The notes beneath the pieces were generated by a model that had not been told where the DNA came from, did not search any database, and was given only the letters and a program-made list of their open reading frames with translations. Positions 38,964 to 48,600 of a stretch of 64,000 nt of DNA are shown piece after piece; the stretch's first letter is position 1; every line of letters begins with the position of its first letter. Position numbers and translations under genes: made by a program. The DNA comes from Candidatus Woesearchaeota archaeon (GTDB lineage: Archaea; Nanobdellota; Nanobdellia; SCGC-AAA011-G17; PNOQ01), in assembly GCA_964603065.1 (NCBI GenBank), contig CAZRTL010000006.1, forward strand, positions 84 through 64,083, read 5' to 3'.

Positions 38964-39911
38964 ATGAAAAAAGTGATATTAATTTTAATTTTGGTCCTTG
39001 CTGCCATTTTAGTTTTTAATCGGGGTCTCTCTATTAATTATCCAATTTATGATATTCATGAACATTTAGAAGAGGGAAATTTAGATACCTTGCTTTATGC
39101 GATGGAAGAGAATGATATTTCTTATATAGGTGTTGTAGCCAGTTCAAAGTTTACTTTTACTTTGAAAAATCCAGGTTTTGAAGATTTTGAAAATAATAAT
39201 GATTATTTATTAACTGCTTCTGAGAAAATAATTCCTTTTGTAACTATTGATCCAAGGGACGAAAATTCTTTAGAGTATTTGAAAAGTCTGGAAGGCGTTA
39301 GAGGTTTGAAATTATATTCTGGACATCAAAGTTCTTTTCATAGATATTTGGGACCTTTAGATAGAGAAGAGGTTTTGCCAGTTTATGAATATGTTGAGGA
39401 GAATAAAATCCCGGTTATTTTCCATGTTAACCCGTATAATGAAACTATTAGAGAAGAGTTTGAATTTGTTTTGAGTGAATATCCTGGAATGGTTGTAGAC
39501 TGCCCACATTTTTGTTTGTCGTCGATAAATGATGGAAGATTTAGAGAGTTGTATAATAAATATCCTAATTTGTATACAGACATTTCTTTTGGCTCAATGT
39601 TTGCTCAAGTAGGATTTGAAAGATTTAGTGAGAATTCGGAAAAGTATAGAAACTTGATCATTGAATATCAAGATAGGATTATGTTTGCTTCAGATATGGT
39701 TTTAACTAAAGCTAAAAGTAAAGAATTTGCTGCTGAAATGATTGGGTGTTATAGGGATATGTTAGAATCGGAAGAGTATGAATGTAATGTTGAAGGCTTT
39801 TCTGATGATTTTTCAGTTCATGGGAATTTTACTGGTTTGAATTTACCTGATGAAGTTTTGAAGAAAATTTATTATGAGAACCCAATTCGATTTTTAGAAG
39901 CTAATTATTAG
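38964..39911 (+). CDS. Amidohydrolase-2 family protein with N-terminal signal/TM segment
   Basis: DIHEH, GLKL, PVIFH, YTDIS, IMFASD, KIYYENP. Start moved out of tRNA-Gln. Confidence 0.85.
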   Translation: MKKVILILILVLAAILVFNRGLSINYPIYDIHEHLEEGNLDTLLYAMEENDISYIGVVASSKFTFTLKNPGFEDFENNNDYLLTASEKIIPFVTIDPRDENSLEYLKSLEGVRGLKLYSGHQSSFHRYLGPLDREEVLPVYEYVEENKIPVIFHVNPYNETIREEFEFVLSEYPGMVVDCPHFCLSSINDGRFRELYNKYPNLYTDISFGSMFAQVGFERFSENSEKYRNLIIEYQDRIMFASDMVLTKAKSKEFAAEMIGCYRDMLESEEYECNVEGFSDDFSVHGNFTGLNLPDEVLKKIYYENPIRFLEANY

Positions 39912-39958
39912 TTATAATAAAGCTTATATATTTTGAATTCTTTAATGATTTGATTAAA

Positions 39959-40216
39959 ATGGCAGAAGAAAAACAAATCGGAAAGGTATTTAGTTTTTTC
40001 AGTAAGATCGGTGTTGCAGCTATAGAGTTGACAGATGATTCATTGATATTGGGGAACAAGATTCGCTTTAAAGGGAATACTACAGATTTTGAACAAGAAG
40101 TAGAATCTATGCAGATTGAAGGAGAAGATGTTCAAGAAGTAGGGCCTGGAAAATCGGTTGGTCTTAAAGTTAAGGACAAAGTAAGACCCGGTGATTTGGT
40201 TTTTAAGATTCTTTAA
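39959..40216 (+). CDS. Translation elongation factor-like small beta-barrel protein
   Basis: IGKV..FFSKIGVAAIEL...G.TTDFEQ.VESMQI...VRPGD.V. Confidence 0.8.
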   Translation: MAEEKQIGKVFSFFSKIGVAAIELTDDSLILGNKIRFKGNTTDFEQEVESMQIEGEDVQEVGPGKSVGLKVKDKVRPGDLVFKIL

Positions 40217-40277
40217 TTTTCTTTTTTTGTTATTCTAGAGTAGTAAGATTTATAAGTGTAATATCGATTTTGGTTTT

Positions 40278-40874
40278 ATGGTAAAATTCAAAGAATTTGA
40301 GTTTGAATATGAAAGATCGTCTGGTTTTGAGGTTAATTATGTATTGCCAGAAAAGTTCATTAATACCCTTATAGGAGAAATTGGTAGACAAATTGGTCAT
40401 CCTATTGGACAGGGTGTGGGACAGGGTTCTGCCTTTGGTCTGTTATATAGGGGGCGTTATGTTGAACAGTATTTGGATTGTTACGAGAGAGCTTTAATTG
40501 GAGACTTGGAGAATTATTCAAAAAATAAAATAAAGGAAAAACGAGAGGAGGATTCAAAATTATCTGGAAGATTAGCTTACCAAGCTATTGATGATATTTT
40601 AAAGAGTCATAAGTTTTTCTGGTTACCAACTTTTAGGCTCCAGTTTAATCAAGAAGAAGAAAATTTTGATATTACTAGGCGCTTTCGAAAAAGTTTTATT
40701 TACGGTAATACGAATTGTGGACTTTATATTGACACAAGAGATGATGATCTTTTACCTATTTGCTTAAAAATTGGAGAAAGATATGAGAAACTTACTTCAG
40801 GTAGGGAGTTTAATTTTTCTGAAGAAACTAGAAAAAGTGCTACCATAGTTTACGTAAAAACAGTTTGGAAATAA
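40278..40874 (+). CDS. Hypothetical protein
   Basis: 198-aa ORF with upstream TATA. Confidence 0.6.
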   Translation: MVKFKEFEFEYERSSGFEVNYVLPEKFINTLIGEIGRQIGHPIGQGVGQGSAFGLLYRGRYVEQYLDCYERALIGDLENYSKNKIKEKREEDSKLSGRLAYQAIDDILKSHKFFWLPTFRLQFNQEEENFDITRRFRKSFIYGNTNCGLYIDTRDDDLLPICLKIGERYEKLTSGREFNFSEETRKSATIVYVKTVWK

Positions 40875-40971
40875 AAACATTTATAAATAGCTAATTTTCT
40901 CTCTTTTCTAAGGATAAGTCGGTTGTGGCTTACTTATGCCTGGAATGAATTAATTCTAGGTTAACTAAAAA

Positions 40972-41427
40972 ATGGCACGTATGTATTCAAGAAGAAAAGG
41001 AAAGAGTGGAAGTACTAAACCTGTAGAGAAAAAGAAGCAAAGTTGGGTCAAGTATGATGCTAAAGAAGTAGAAAGTTTAATTTTAAAATTAAATAAATCT
41101 GGATTCACTAAAAGTCAGATTGGTCTAACTTTAAGAGATTCTTATGGAGTTGCTTCTGTAAAAAATGCAACTAAGAAAACTATCAATCAAATTTTAACTA
41201 AAAATAAAGTTGAAGCTGAACTTCCTGAAGATTTGAATGCATTAATCAAAAAAGATATTCAATTAATTAAACATTTTGAGGCGAATAAACAAGATATGTC
41301 CGCTAAAAGAGGAATTAGATTAACAGAAAGTAAGATTAACAGACTTGTTAAATATTATAAGAAAAATGGTAAACTACCTAAAGATTGGGTTTTTGATAAA
41401 GATAGAGCAAAACTATTGGTTGGTTAA
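40972..41427 (+). CDS. rps15: 30S ribosomal protein S15 (S13e)
   Basis: MARMYSRRKGKSGS, LRDSYG, LTESKINRLVKYY. Confidence 0.97.
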   Translation: MARMYSRRKGKSGSTKPVEKKKQSWVKYDAKEVESLILKLNKSGFTKSQIGLTLRDSYGVASVKNATKKTINQILTKNKVEAELPEDLNALIKKDIQLIKHFEANKQDMSAKRGIRLTESKINRLVKYYKKNGKLPKDWVFDKDRAKLLVG

Positions 41428-41429
41428 AG

Positions 41430-42038
41430 ATGGCAAATAAAGAAAAAGGAAAGAAGAAAGAAAAAAAGAAAATAGTTAGAAAGACCAATGTTGTTCTAAA
41501 GAAAAAGAAAAAGAGATGGGTAAGTATACTTGCTCCTAAAAGTTTTGGTAGTGGAGAGATGGGAGAAAGTCTCGTTGTTGATGCTCAGGATTTAATTGGA
41601 AGAAAAATAATTTCAAGTTTATCTAATTTTAATAGAGGTAGGAATACTAGTATTAAGGCAATTTTTGAATGTAAGGAAGTTATTGAAGGAAATTGTGTTT
41701 GTGAACCGATTGGTTATTATATTTTGAATAGTTTTGCTAGAAGAATTGTTAAAAAAGGTAAAACTAAGATTGCTATGTCTTTGAAATTAAAAACTAAAGA
41801 TAATGTTGATGTTATTTTGAAAGTAATTTTGTCTACTAGAAAGAAAATTTCTGGCGGGGTTTCTAAATCTATGAGATTGGAATTAAGTAAATTTCTAGCG
41901 GAGACTGTTAAGAAAAATAGTTTTGAAGGAAATTTAGACTCAGTTATAAACTATAGTTTCCAGAAAAAAATAAAAGAATTCATTAAGAAAGTTTATCCAG
42001 TAGGTTCTTTAGAAGTTGTTATGTTTAAGAAGGCTTAA
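41430..42038 (+). CDS. rps3ae: 30S ribosomal protein S3Ae
   Basis: KRW..ILAPKSFG, LIGR, KKVYPV...EV. Confidence 0.9.
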   Translation: MANKEKGKKKEKKKIVRKTNVVLKKKKKRWVSILAPKSFGSGEMGESLVVDAQDLIGRKIISSLSNFNRGRNTSIKAIFECKEVIEGNCVCEPIGYYILNSFARRIVKKGKTKIAMSLKLKTKDNVDVILKVILSTRKKISGGVSKSMRLELSKFLAETVKKNSFEGNLDSVINYSFQKKIKEFIKKVYPVGSLEVVMFKKA

Positions 42039-42098
42039 TGTTGCCATCTTGTCACGCACGGACGAAAGTGATTTATAAGTTAAATTCTATTTTGTTTT

Positions 42099-43079
42099 AT
42101 GAGAGTTAAGTTTAAGTGTGATACGGAAAGAGAATTATTTTTCGATTCTCTTAGGAAAGGTTTTAATAATTGGTTGGAACTTTGTAATTTTCTTGAAATA
42201 AATAGAAACACTTTATTGAGATATAAAAAAGGAGAGAGTTTAATCCCCGTTGAGACTTTTGAGATTCTTAAAAAATATAGTAATTTGAAGAACTTGGATA
42301 GGAAGGTGGTATTTTTTGAATCTAATTGGGGGCAGAAACTTGGAGGGATTAATAATTATAAAAAAAATAAATGGGTCTATGAACTTGGTAGAAAGAAAAC
42401 AATTGAATTACATAAGCAAAAGGATAATGAAATTTTAAATTTGGATTTGAGTTCTCCTAGGTTGGCCGAGTTTGTTGGTATTCTTATAGGAGATGGATTC
42501 ATTGGAAAATATGGGAGACATAGAATTATTCAAATAACTGGCAATAAAACTAGTGAGAAAGAGTACTATAAGGAATATCTTATTCCTTTAGTTAAAGAAA
42601 TATTTGGTGCTAATGTTTATTTTTATGAAAGAGAATCTTGTATAAGGCTGAGTGTTTATTCTAAGATTGTTTTTAATACTTTGAAGAAATTATTTGAATT
42701 TCCAGTCGGGAAGAAAGAGGATATAACTATTTCTGAAAACTTATTGTTGACTGATGATTGTAAAGTAGGTTTAATTCGTGGTTTGTTTGATACAGATGGA
42801 TGTATAAGTTTACAAAGAGGAAAATATCCTGTTATTGATATTTGTACTACCAGTAAAAAGCTGTCCAAACAAATTCAAAATATTTTAAATGAATTTGGCT
42901 TTGGTGCCTATATTTGTAGATGTTTTGGAAAGGGAAACCACAAAACTTCTTACAGAGTTACTATATTTGGAAAGCGAAAAGTTTTAAAATGGAAAGATTT
43001 AATAGGTTCATCAAATCCTTCCAAAATGAAAAGGATTAATGCCTCAGTAGCTCAGTTGGTCAGAGCGCGGGTTTTGTAA
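42099..43079 (+). CDS. Free-standing LAGLIDADG endonuclease-like protein (N-terminal HTH-like region)
   Basis: LAEFVGILIGDG and LIRGLFDTDG motifs; 3' end overlaps tRNA-Thr. Confidence 0.9.
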   Translation: MRVKFKCDTERELFFDSLRKGFNNWLELCNFLEINRNTLLRYKKGESLIPVETFEILKKYSNLKNLDRKVVFFESNWGQKLGGINNYKKNKWVYELGRKKTIELHKQKDNEILNLDLSSPRLAEFVGILIGDGFIGKYGRHRIIQITGNKTSEKEYYKEYLIPLVKEIFGANVYFYERESCIRLSVYSKIVFNTLKKLFEFPVGKKEDITISENLLLTDDCKVGLIRGLFDTDGCISLQRGKYPVIDICTTSKKLSKQIQNILNEFGFGAYICRCFGKGNHKTSYRVTIFGKRKVLKWKDLIGSSNPSKMKRINASVAQLVRARVL

Positions 43080-43114
43080 ACCTGAGGTCGGGGGTTCGAC
43101 TCCCTCCTGAGGCT
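43041..43114 (+). tRNA. tRNA-Thr (TGT)
   Basis: GCCTCAG/CTGAGGC acceptor, CGGGT-TTTGTAA-ACCTG anticodon arm. Confidence 0.96.
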
Positions 43115-43158
43115 TATTTAATAGTAAATTTTTTATACTTCTAAATTAATTTTATTTT

Positions 43159-43536
43159 ATGGCAAACTGGAAAAAAGAAGGTGCTAGAGATTTGCTTGCT
43201 TTAGGAAGTATTCCTTTTTACATTATCATTATGGCTAGATCTTTGGTTGGAGAGTATTACCTATTTGTTTTTCAAACTTTGATTGCTCTGGTTTTTATTC
43301 ATCTGGTTGGTTTAAAACTTAAATTCAATAGACATTTAGCTAGAATGTTAGTTTTGATTGTTTTTACTATTTTGTTTTATAACCAATCAATTTTTACTAA
43401 TTTTGCCGTTATTATTGGGTTGATTACCTTAGGAAGTTTGTTTTATTTGAAAGAATCAATTAAAAAAATTGGGTTTGGTTTAATTTTTGGAACTTTAGCT
43501 AGTTTGTTAGGTTATTATTTGGCTCCGTTAATTTAA
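43159..43536 (+). CDS. Hypothetical membrane protein (PAP2-like remnant possible)
   Basis: Multiple TM segments; RDLLALGS and HLAR motifs. Confidence 0.65.
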   Translation: MANWKKEGARDLLALGSIPFYIIIMARSLVGEYYLFVFQTLIALVFIHLVGLKLKFNRHLARMLVLIVFTILFYNQSIFTNFAVIIGLITLGSLFYLKESIKKIGFGLIFGTLASLLGYYLAPLI

Positions 43537-43567
43537 TAAATTGATTCTAACTTTATTTTTGTATTCT

Positions 43568-43641
43568 GAGCCTGTGGCGTAGTCTGGTAGCGCATCACGT
43601 TGACTTCGTGAGGGTCGGGAGTTCGAATCTCCCCGGGCTCA
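43568..43641 (+). tRNA. tRNA-Val (GAC)
   Basis: GAGCCTG/CGGGCTC acceptor, TCACG-TTGACTT-CGTGA anticodon arm. Confidence 0.94.
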
Positions 43642-43685
43642 TTTTTTGCATAACATTTATAAAGATAAAAAGGGATTTTTTATAC

Positions 43686-45656
43686 ATGCAAAAAAGAGGT
43701 CAAGTAACGATTTTTATTATTCTGGGGATTGTCATTTTACTAGTATTTGGAATCTTGTTTTTTTTCAGAAGTGAGTTTGTAAAATCTGATTTTCAGAGCC
43801 AATTAGCTAAAGTGAAAGTTCCTGAACAAATTCAACCCGTGAAGAATTATATTGATGATTGTTTGGAGGAAACTGTTATGTCTGGAACTAGAATTATTGC
43901 TTCTAATGGGGGTTACTTGAGTGTCCCAAGTGAAGGAGTTCCTAGATCTCTCTTAAATCCATTTTCGAACTCTTTAGAAATTGGAAGTGGAGAGGTTGCT
44001 TATTGGTATTATAAATCGTCTAATAATTTAGATAATACTCAAGTTCCTACAATTGAGAGTATGGAAGAAGATTTGGAGAGGTATGTTGATGATAATTTTG
44101 ATTTTTGTTTGAAAGGATTAGATAATTTTTATGAAGAAGGATTTGAAATTCATTATGAAGGAAAAATTGAAACTGAAGTGAACGTTGAAGGTTCGCACAT
44201 TGAGGTTACTATGGATGCTCCTACTGATATTAGGAAAGATGATGTTGGTAAATATTTTAGCCAACACCTATTGGACGTAGATGTTAATTTAGGTAAATTG
44301 TATAATTTGGCTTTGGATGTTTTTGAAGAAGAAAATGAGAATAAATTTTTAGAACATAAAACGATTGATATGATGGTTGTTTATGATGAGATTCCTTATT
44401 CAAACACCGAATTTACTTGTAATAGATTAATTTGGCAAAAATCCGAGATTGTTGAAGATTTTAAGGATATTGCTCATGTGAATATGGGGGCTCTTAGGTT
44501 AAAAGGTTCGGATTATGAAAAAGTAAGAGAAGATAATGATTATTTTGAAATTGATGTGTATTCGGATAATACTGTATCAACTAATTTCCAATACTTAGAT
44601 AGTTGGCCTTTTGAAGTTGAGGTATTTCCGAGTAAAGGAGATTTGCTATCAGGAGATGCTGTTTCTCAAGCTAATTCGGATATTTACAAATATTTGAACC
44701 TATTTTTTTGTATGAATAATTATCATTTTATTTATGATGTTAAGTATCCAGTTTTAGTTAGCTTGGAGGATGATGAAGGTTTTTCATTCCAGTATGCAAC
44801 TATGGTCATTGTGGATAATAATAACCCTGGAACTTATCAAGGAGAAATTTTAAACTATGAAGACACCAGTGTTTTAGGAGAAGAGTTTTGTGACAATGGA
44901 TTTAATCAAGTAGATGTTGTTGTAATCGATTCTAGTAGCTTAATGTCTTTAGAGAATACTGATGTAAGTTATAATTGCTTTAGTTCAAGTTGTTATATTG
45001 GAAAAACAAATGCTAATGGTGAATTGTCTAGAAATTTCCCGGCTTGCATTAATGGAAGAGTTTATGCTGATAAAGAAGGATACTATTCAGATAGTCAGAT
45101 GTTAAGTACAAATGAGGATTCGAGGGTTTCATTATTACTGGAGCCATATTATGATTTAGATTTAGAAATTAAAGTTGTTGACTTAGATACGGGAAGTGTT
45201 AGAGAATTAAGAAGTGATGAGAATGCAATATTCCAGTTTGAGAATACAGATAATGATTACAAAACTATGGTTACTAATGGCTTAGAAGATATTACTTTAG
45301 TGGCTGGAGAGTATAAGGTTTTAACTTATTTGATGAGTGAGGGAGAGAGTGTTAAAATTGAGGCGGAGACACATGTTGAGTGTGTAGATGTTCCTAGATC
45401 AGGTTTATTCAGATTCTTGACAAAGGAAGAATGTTTTGAGGTTTCAAATGAAGCCAGTGAAATTGATCAGTTTGTTTCAGGAGGAGCAGCATTTGAATTC
45501 GTTTTGACACATTCTGAACTAGATAGTTCAATTAAAGTTACTTTGTATGCGGTCCAAGATTTCGTTCCTGACACGCATAATGAAATGTTACAAATTTTGA
45601 ATAATATCCCAACTAATGGTTTGAGAGATTACTTTACATATCCGGAGCTAGAATGA
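43686..45656 (+). CDS. Large protein with class III (pilin-like) signal peptide
   Basis: MQKRG/QVTIFIILGIVIL. Start moved out of tRNA-Val; ATGA overlap with the next gene. Confidence 0.8.
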   Translation: MQKRGQVTIFIILGIVILLVFGILFFFRSEFVKSDFQSQLAKVKVPEQIQPVKNYIDDCLEETVMSGTRIIASNGGYLSVPSEGVPRSLLNPFSNSLEIGSGEVAYWYYKSSNNLDNTQVPTIESMEEDLERYVDDNFDFCLKGLDNFYEEGFEIHYEGKIETEVNVEGSHIEVTMDAPTDIRKDDVGKYFSQHLLDVDVNLGKLYNLALDVFEEENENKFLEHKTIDMMVVYDEIPYSNTEFTCNRLIWQKSEIVEDFKDIAHVNMGALRLKGSDYEKVREDNDYFEIDVYSDNTVSTNFQYLDSWPFEVEVFPSKGDLLSGDAVSQANSDIYKYLNLFFCMNNYHFIYDVKYPVLVSLEDDEGFSFQYATMVIVDNNNPGTYQGEILNYEDTSVLGEEFCDNGFNQVDVVVIDSSSLMSLENTDVSYNCFSSSCYIGKTNANGELSRNFPACINGRVYADKEGYYSDSQMLSTNEDSRVSLLLEPYYDLDLEIKVVDLDTGSVRELRSDENAIFQFENTDNDYKTMVTNGLEDITLVAGEYKVLTYLMSEGESVKIEAETHVECVDVPRSGLFRFLTKEECFEVSNEASEIDQFVSGGAAFEFVLTHSELDSSIKVTLYAVQDFVPDTHNEMLQILNNIPTNGLRDYFTYPELE

Positions 45657-48600
45657 AAGAAAAAGTATTGATGGCAGTATTTTGTATCTTTTTGATAGTT
45701 TTTAGTAGTGTGCAGGTTAGTGCTTATAGTTTAAATGAGGAAGATGATAGAGATTTAGGAGAGGTTGTTTTAATTAATGTTGATAAATATGAACCTGCAA
45801 CAGTTAGTGCCGATTATTTGAGAAATAAAAAGTTCCCGGTGTATGTTCATTTGACTGGAACTACTTTAGAGAGTTTTTTGTGGGGTGGTAGTAATCCTGA
45901 AGAGCTAGATACTTTGTTCGGTGGTTTGAAAATAGATAGGATACATATTGTAAGGGATTCTATTTCTAGGTATGTTGCCGGAATAACTGAAAGGCCTCCA
46001 AAAGAAGATGGATATTTTGTTGATGCTAATGGAGAAGTTGATTTAGGTTACTTAAAGATTGACTTGAGGAGGATTCCTAAAGAGGAAGATTTACCGGATA
46101 GGATTGATTTGAATTTTACAGCTAGAGTTTATTTTGATACCGAATCTAGTTTTAGCGTTTTTGGAAAGCAAGATTTGTTTTTGGAGTTAGGTAGTGGAAT
46201 TAATAATTTGGAAATTGCTGGAGATGAGGATAGTAATAAAAAAAGTAGAGTTAAAGTTTGGGATGGAAGAGCAGAATTAGAATTTTTACAATTAAGGGGA
46301 GATAGGGCTACGTTTCAGTTGTATGATGGTAGTGGTCGTAAGTTAGGTGGACCATTTACTTTGAGAACTGGGCAGATTCAGACATTAAGATTAAATGATG
46401 GCCCGGCCTTTTTAGATAATCAAGTCAGATTTAAATTAAAAGGGATTTATGGTGCTGGAGAGAGAGCCGTGATTAATATGTATAGGCATGGTTCCTCTAA
46501 TGATGTTGAATTGGTTGAGGATATGAATCTTTACGCAGGTAGTGATTGGGTTTTGGAGGAAATTGGAAGGGATAAGGTCCAGTTAAGAAACTTAAAAACT
46601 AGACAAACTATGATTTTAAATGTGGGCCAAGGAGATTTTGATACAGATATTTGTGAGAGAATAGATCCTATTCAAATAGATAGTGATGAATTATTTTTGA
46701 GAGGAGTTGGTTTCCTTGAGGGAGATCATTTTGAAGATGATACTTTGTTGGGAAGATCAAGTAGTTTTTATTGTAGCGCTATTGACCAGTATGAAAGAGC
46801 TTTAACTTATGCCATTGGAGAAGAGGCAAGTGAAATAAAATATAGTATTGGTACTCTTTATGAAAAAGTTGGAGACATGTATAATGCTTTAGAAATGTAT
46901 GATACTATTTTACCAGAAACTGATTTTTATAGAACTAAAAATGTTCAAAAGAAAATAGATGATTTGAATTTTTTAATAGCAAATGAAATTACTAATTCTA
47001 AGATTTTGGAAGATGATGTAAGAGTCTATTTGAAAGAGGTAATTGATGTTGAAGAGGAAGAATCTTATTTTATGTTTAGAACAATAACTAATGGAATTAA
47101 GGGACAGGAGTTTACAAGAACTATTGGTATGGAAAGCCAGGATTTGATTGTTGAATCTGTTGATGGGGGAAAAACTTACGAATGGTATGCTAGAGATATA
47201 GATGCAGATGAAATTACTGTTATTAAAGTGGATGAAGACGGTAGAACTATCGGAAGTCCTAGGAAATTAGATATTGGTGAACACATTTTAGATAATACAG
47301 TTGTTGAAATTACAGATATTACTACTCCTTATAGTGTTATAATGACGGCTATTCCTGGAGATGGAAGAAGTTATGGAGTTAGTAATTTTCAAGTACATAT
47401 TCCAATTGAGAAGAGTATGATTCAGTGGACTCCTGAGCAAATTGATAATATGATTGATAAAAGCCATAAAGCTGTTGAAGATATTGAAAAGATTATGGAC
47501 AAGCTTGGTAATTTTATTAAGGGAATGAAGGTAGCTTGTTTTGGAATTTATGGAGTTTTAGCAATTAAGAATGCTTTCTTTAGGGATAATAATGTTAGAA
47601 AAGAAGTTGTTGATGAAAAAAGTAGATGGTGTAATGATGGAATTAGAACTGGCGAATTAGATTATAAAAAATTAGATGAGTGTTTGGAAGCTGAAAGTTC
47701 TAAAATAGAACAAGAAATTACTGAAAGAAAAGGATTGAAGAATACTAATGATAATTTCTTTAAGAATAATAAATTGATGAAACAAGATGCTAGTGGAATT
47801 AATGTTGCTGATCCTAGTTCTGCAAGCGCATTGGCCAATAAATTAAAAACTGATAGTGGAATAAATATTAAAGGGGAAGATATTGAAAATTTACTTAATT
47901 ATGATTCTTATACTGGTTTTACTACAGCAGAAGCTCAAAGATTATCTTATTTGGCTTCACATGATCCTGAAGCGTTTGAAGTTGAGTGGAGAGATTACCA
48001 AGAGAGTTCTTTGAAAGCTAAGACTCTTCATACTAGTTTGGGGGGAGTAACTGATCCTGTTCAAATTCAAACTTTAGCTACTCCTATTTTTACTCCTGGA
48101 AAAACTACAACTGATTTTAGTTCGGGTCCGAGTGGAATTGAAACTCAAGTTAAGGCAATAGATCCAAGTGCTCAAATATTTGAAGCTAGATCTATTCAGA
48201 GTGATGGAGGGGAATTTTATGTTTCTAGTAAAACTGGAACTGAAGCTGTTAAGGTAGAAATCCATAGAGATGCAAATTTGAATCCGGTTGAGTTTGGAGA
48301 TTATTATCTTTACAAAGGAAGTGGAAATAGGTATTTCTTACATAAAGGAGATGTTACTCAGTTATACAGACAGAATTATAATTCTAATTCTCATAAAGTT
48401 TTACAAATAAATGATGATGGAAAATTATGGATGTTCCCATTTAGTAGCTCTTTGGGAAAAAGAGATGATCCATTATATGATAAAGTTGATTATGCTAATT
48501 ATGTTGTTGTAGATTATGATGATTCGGGTAAGATAAAATCTTATAATCTTATGAATGTTGGTGCTGATGGCGAAATTAATTATCCAGGTACGGGAGATGA

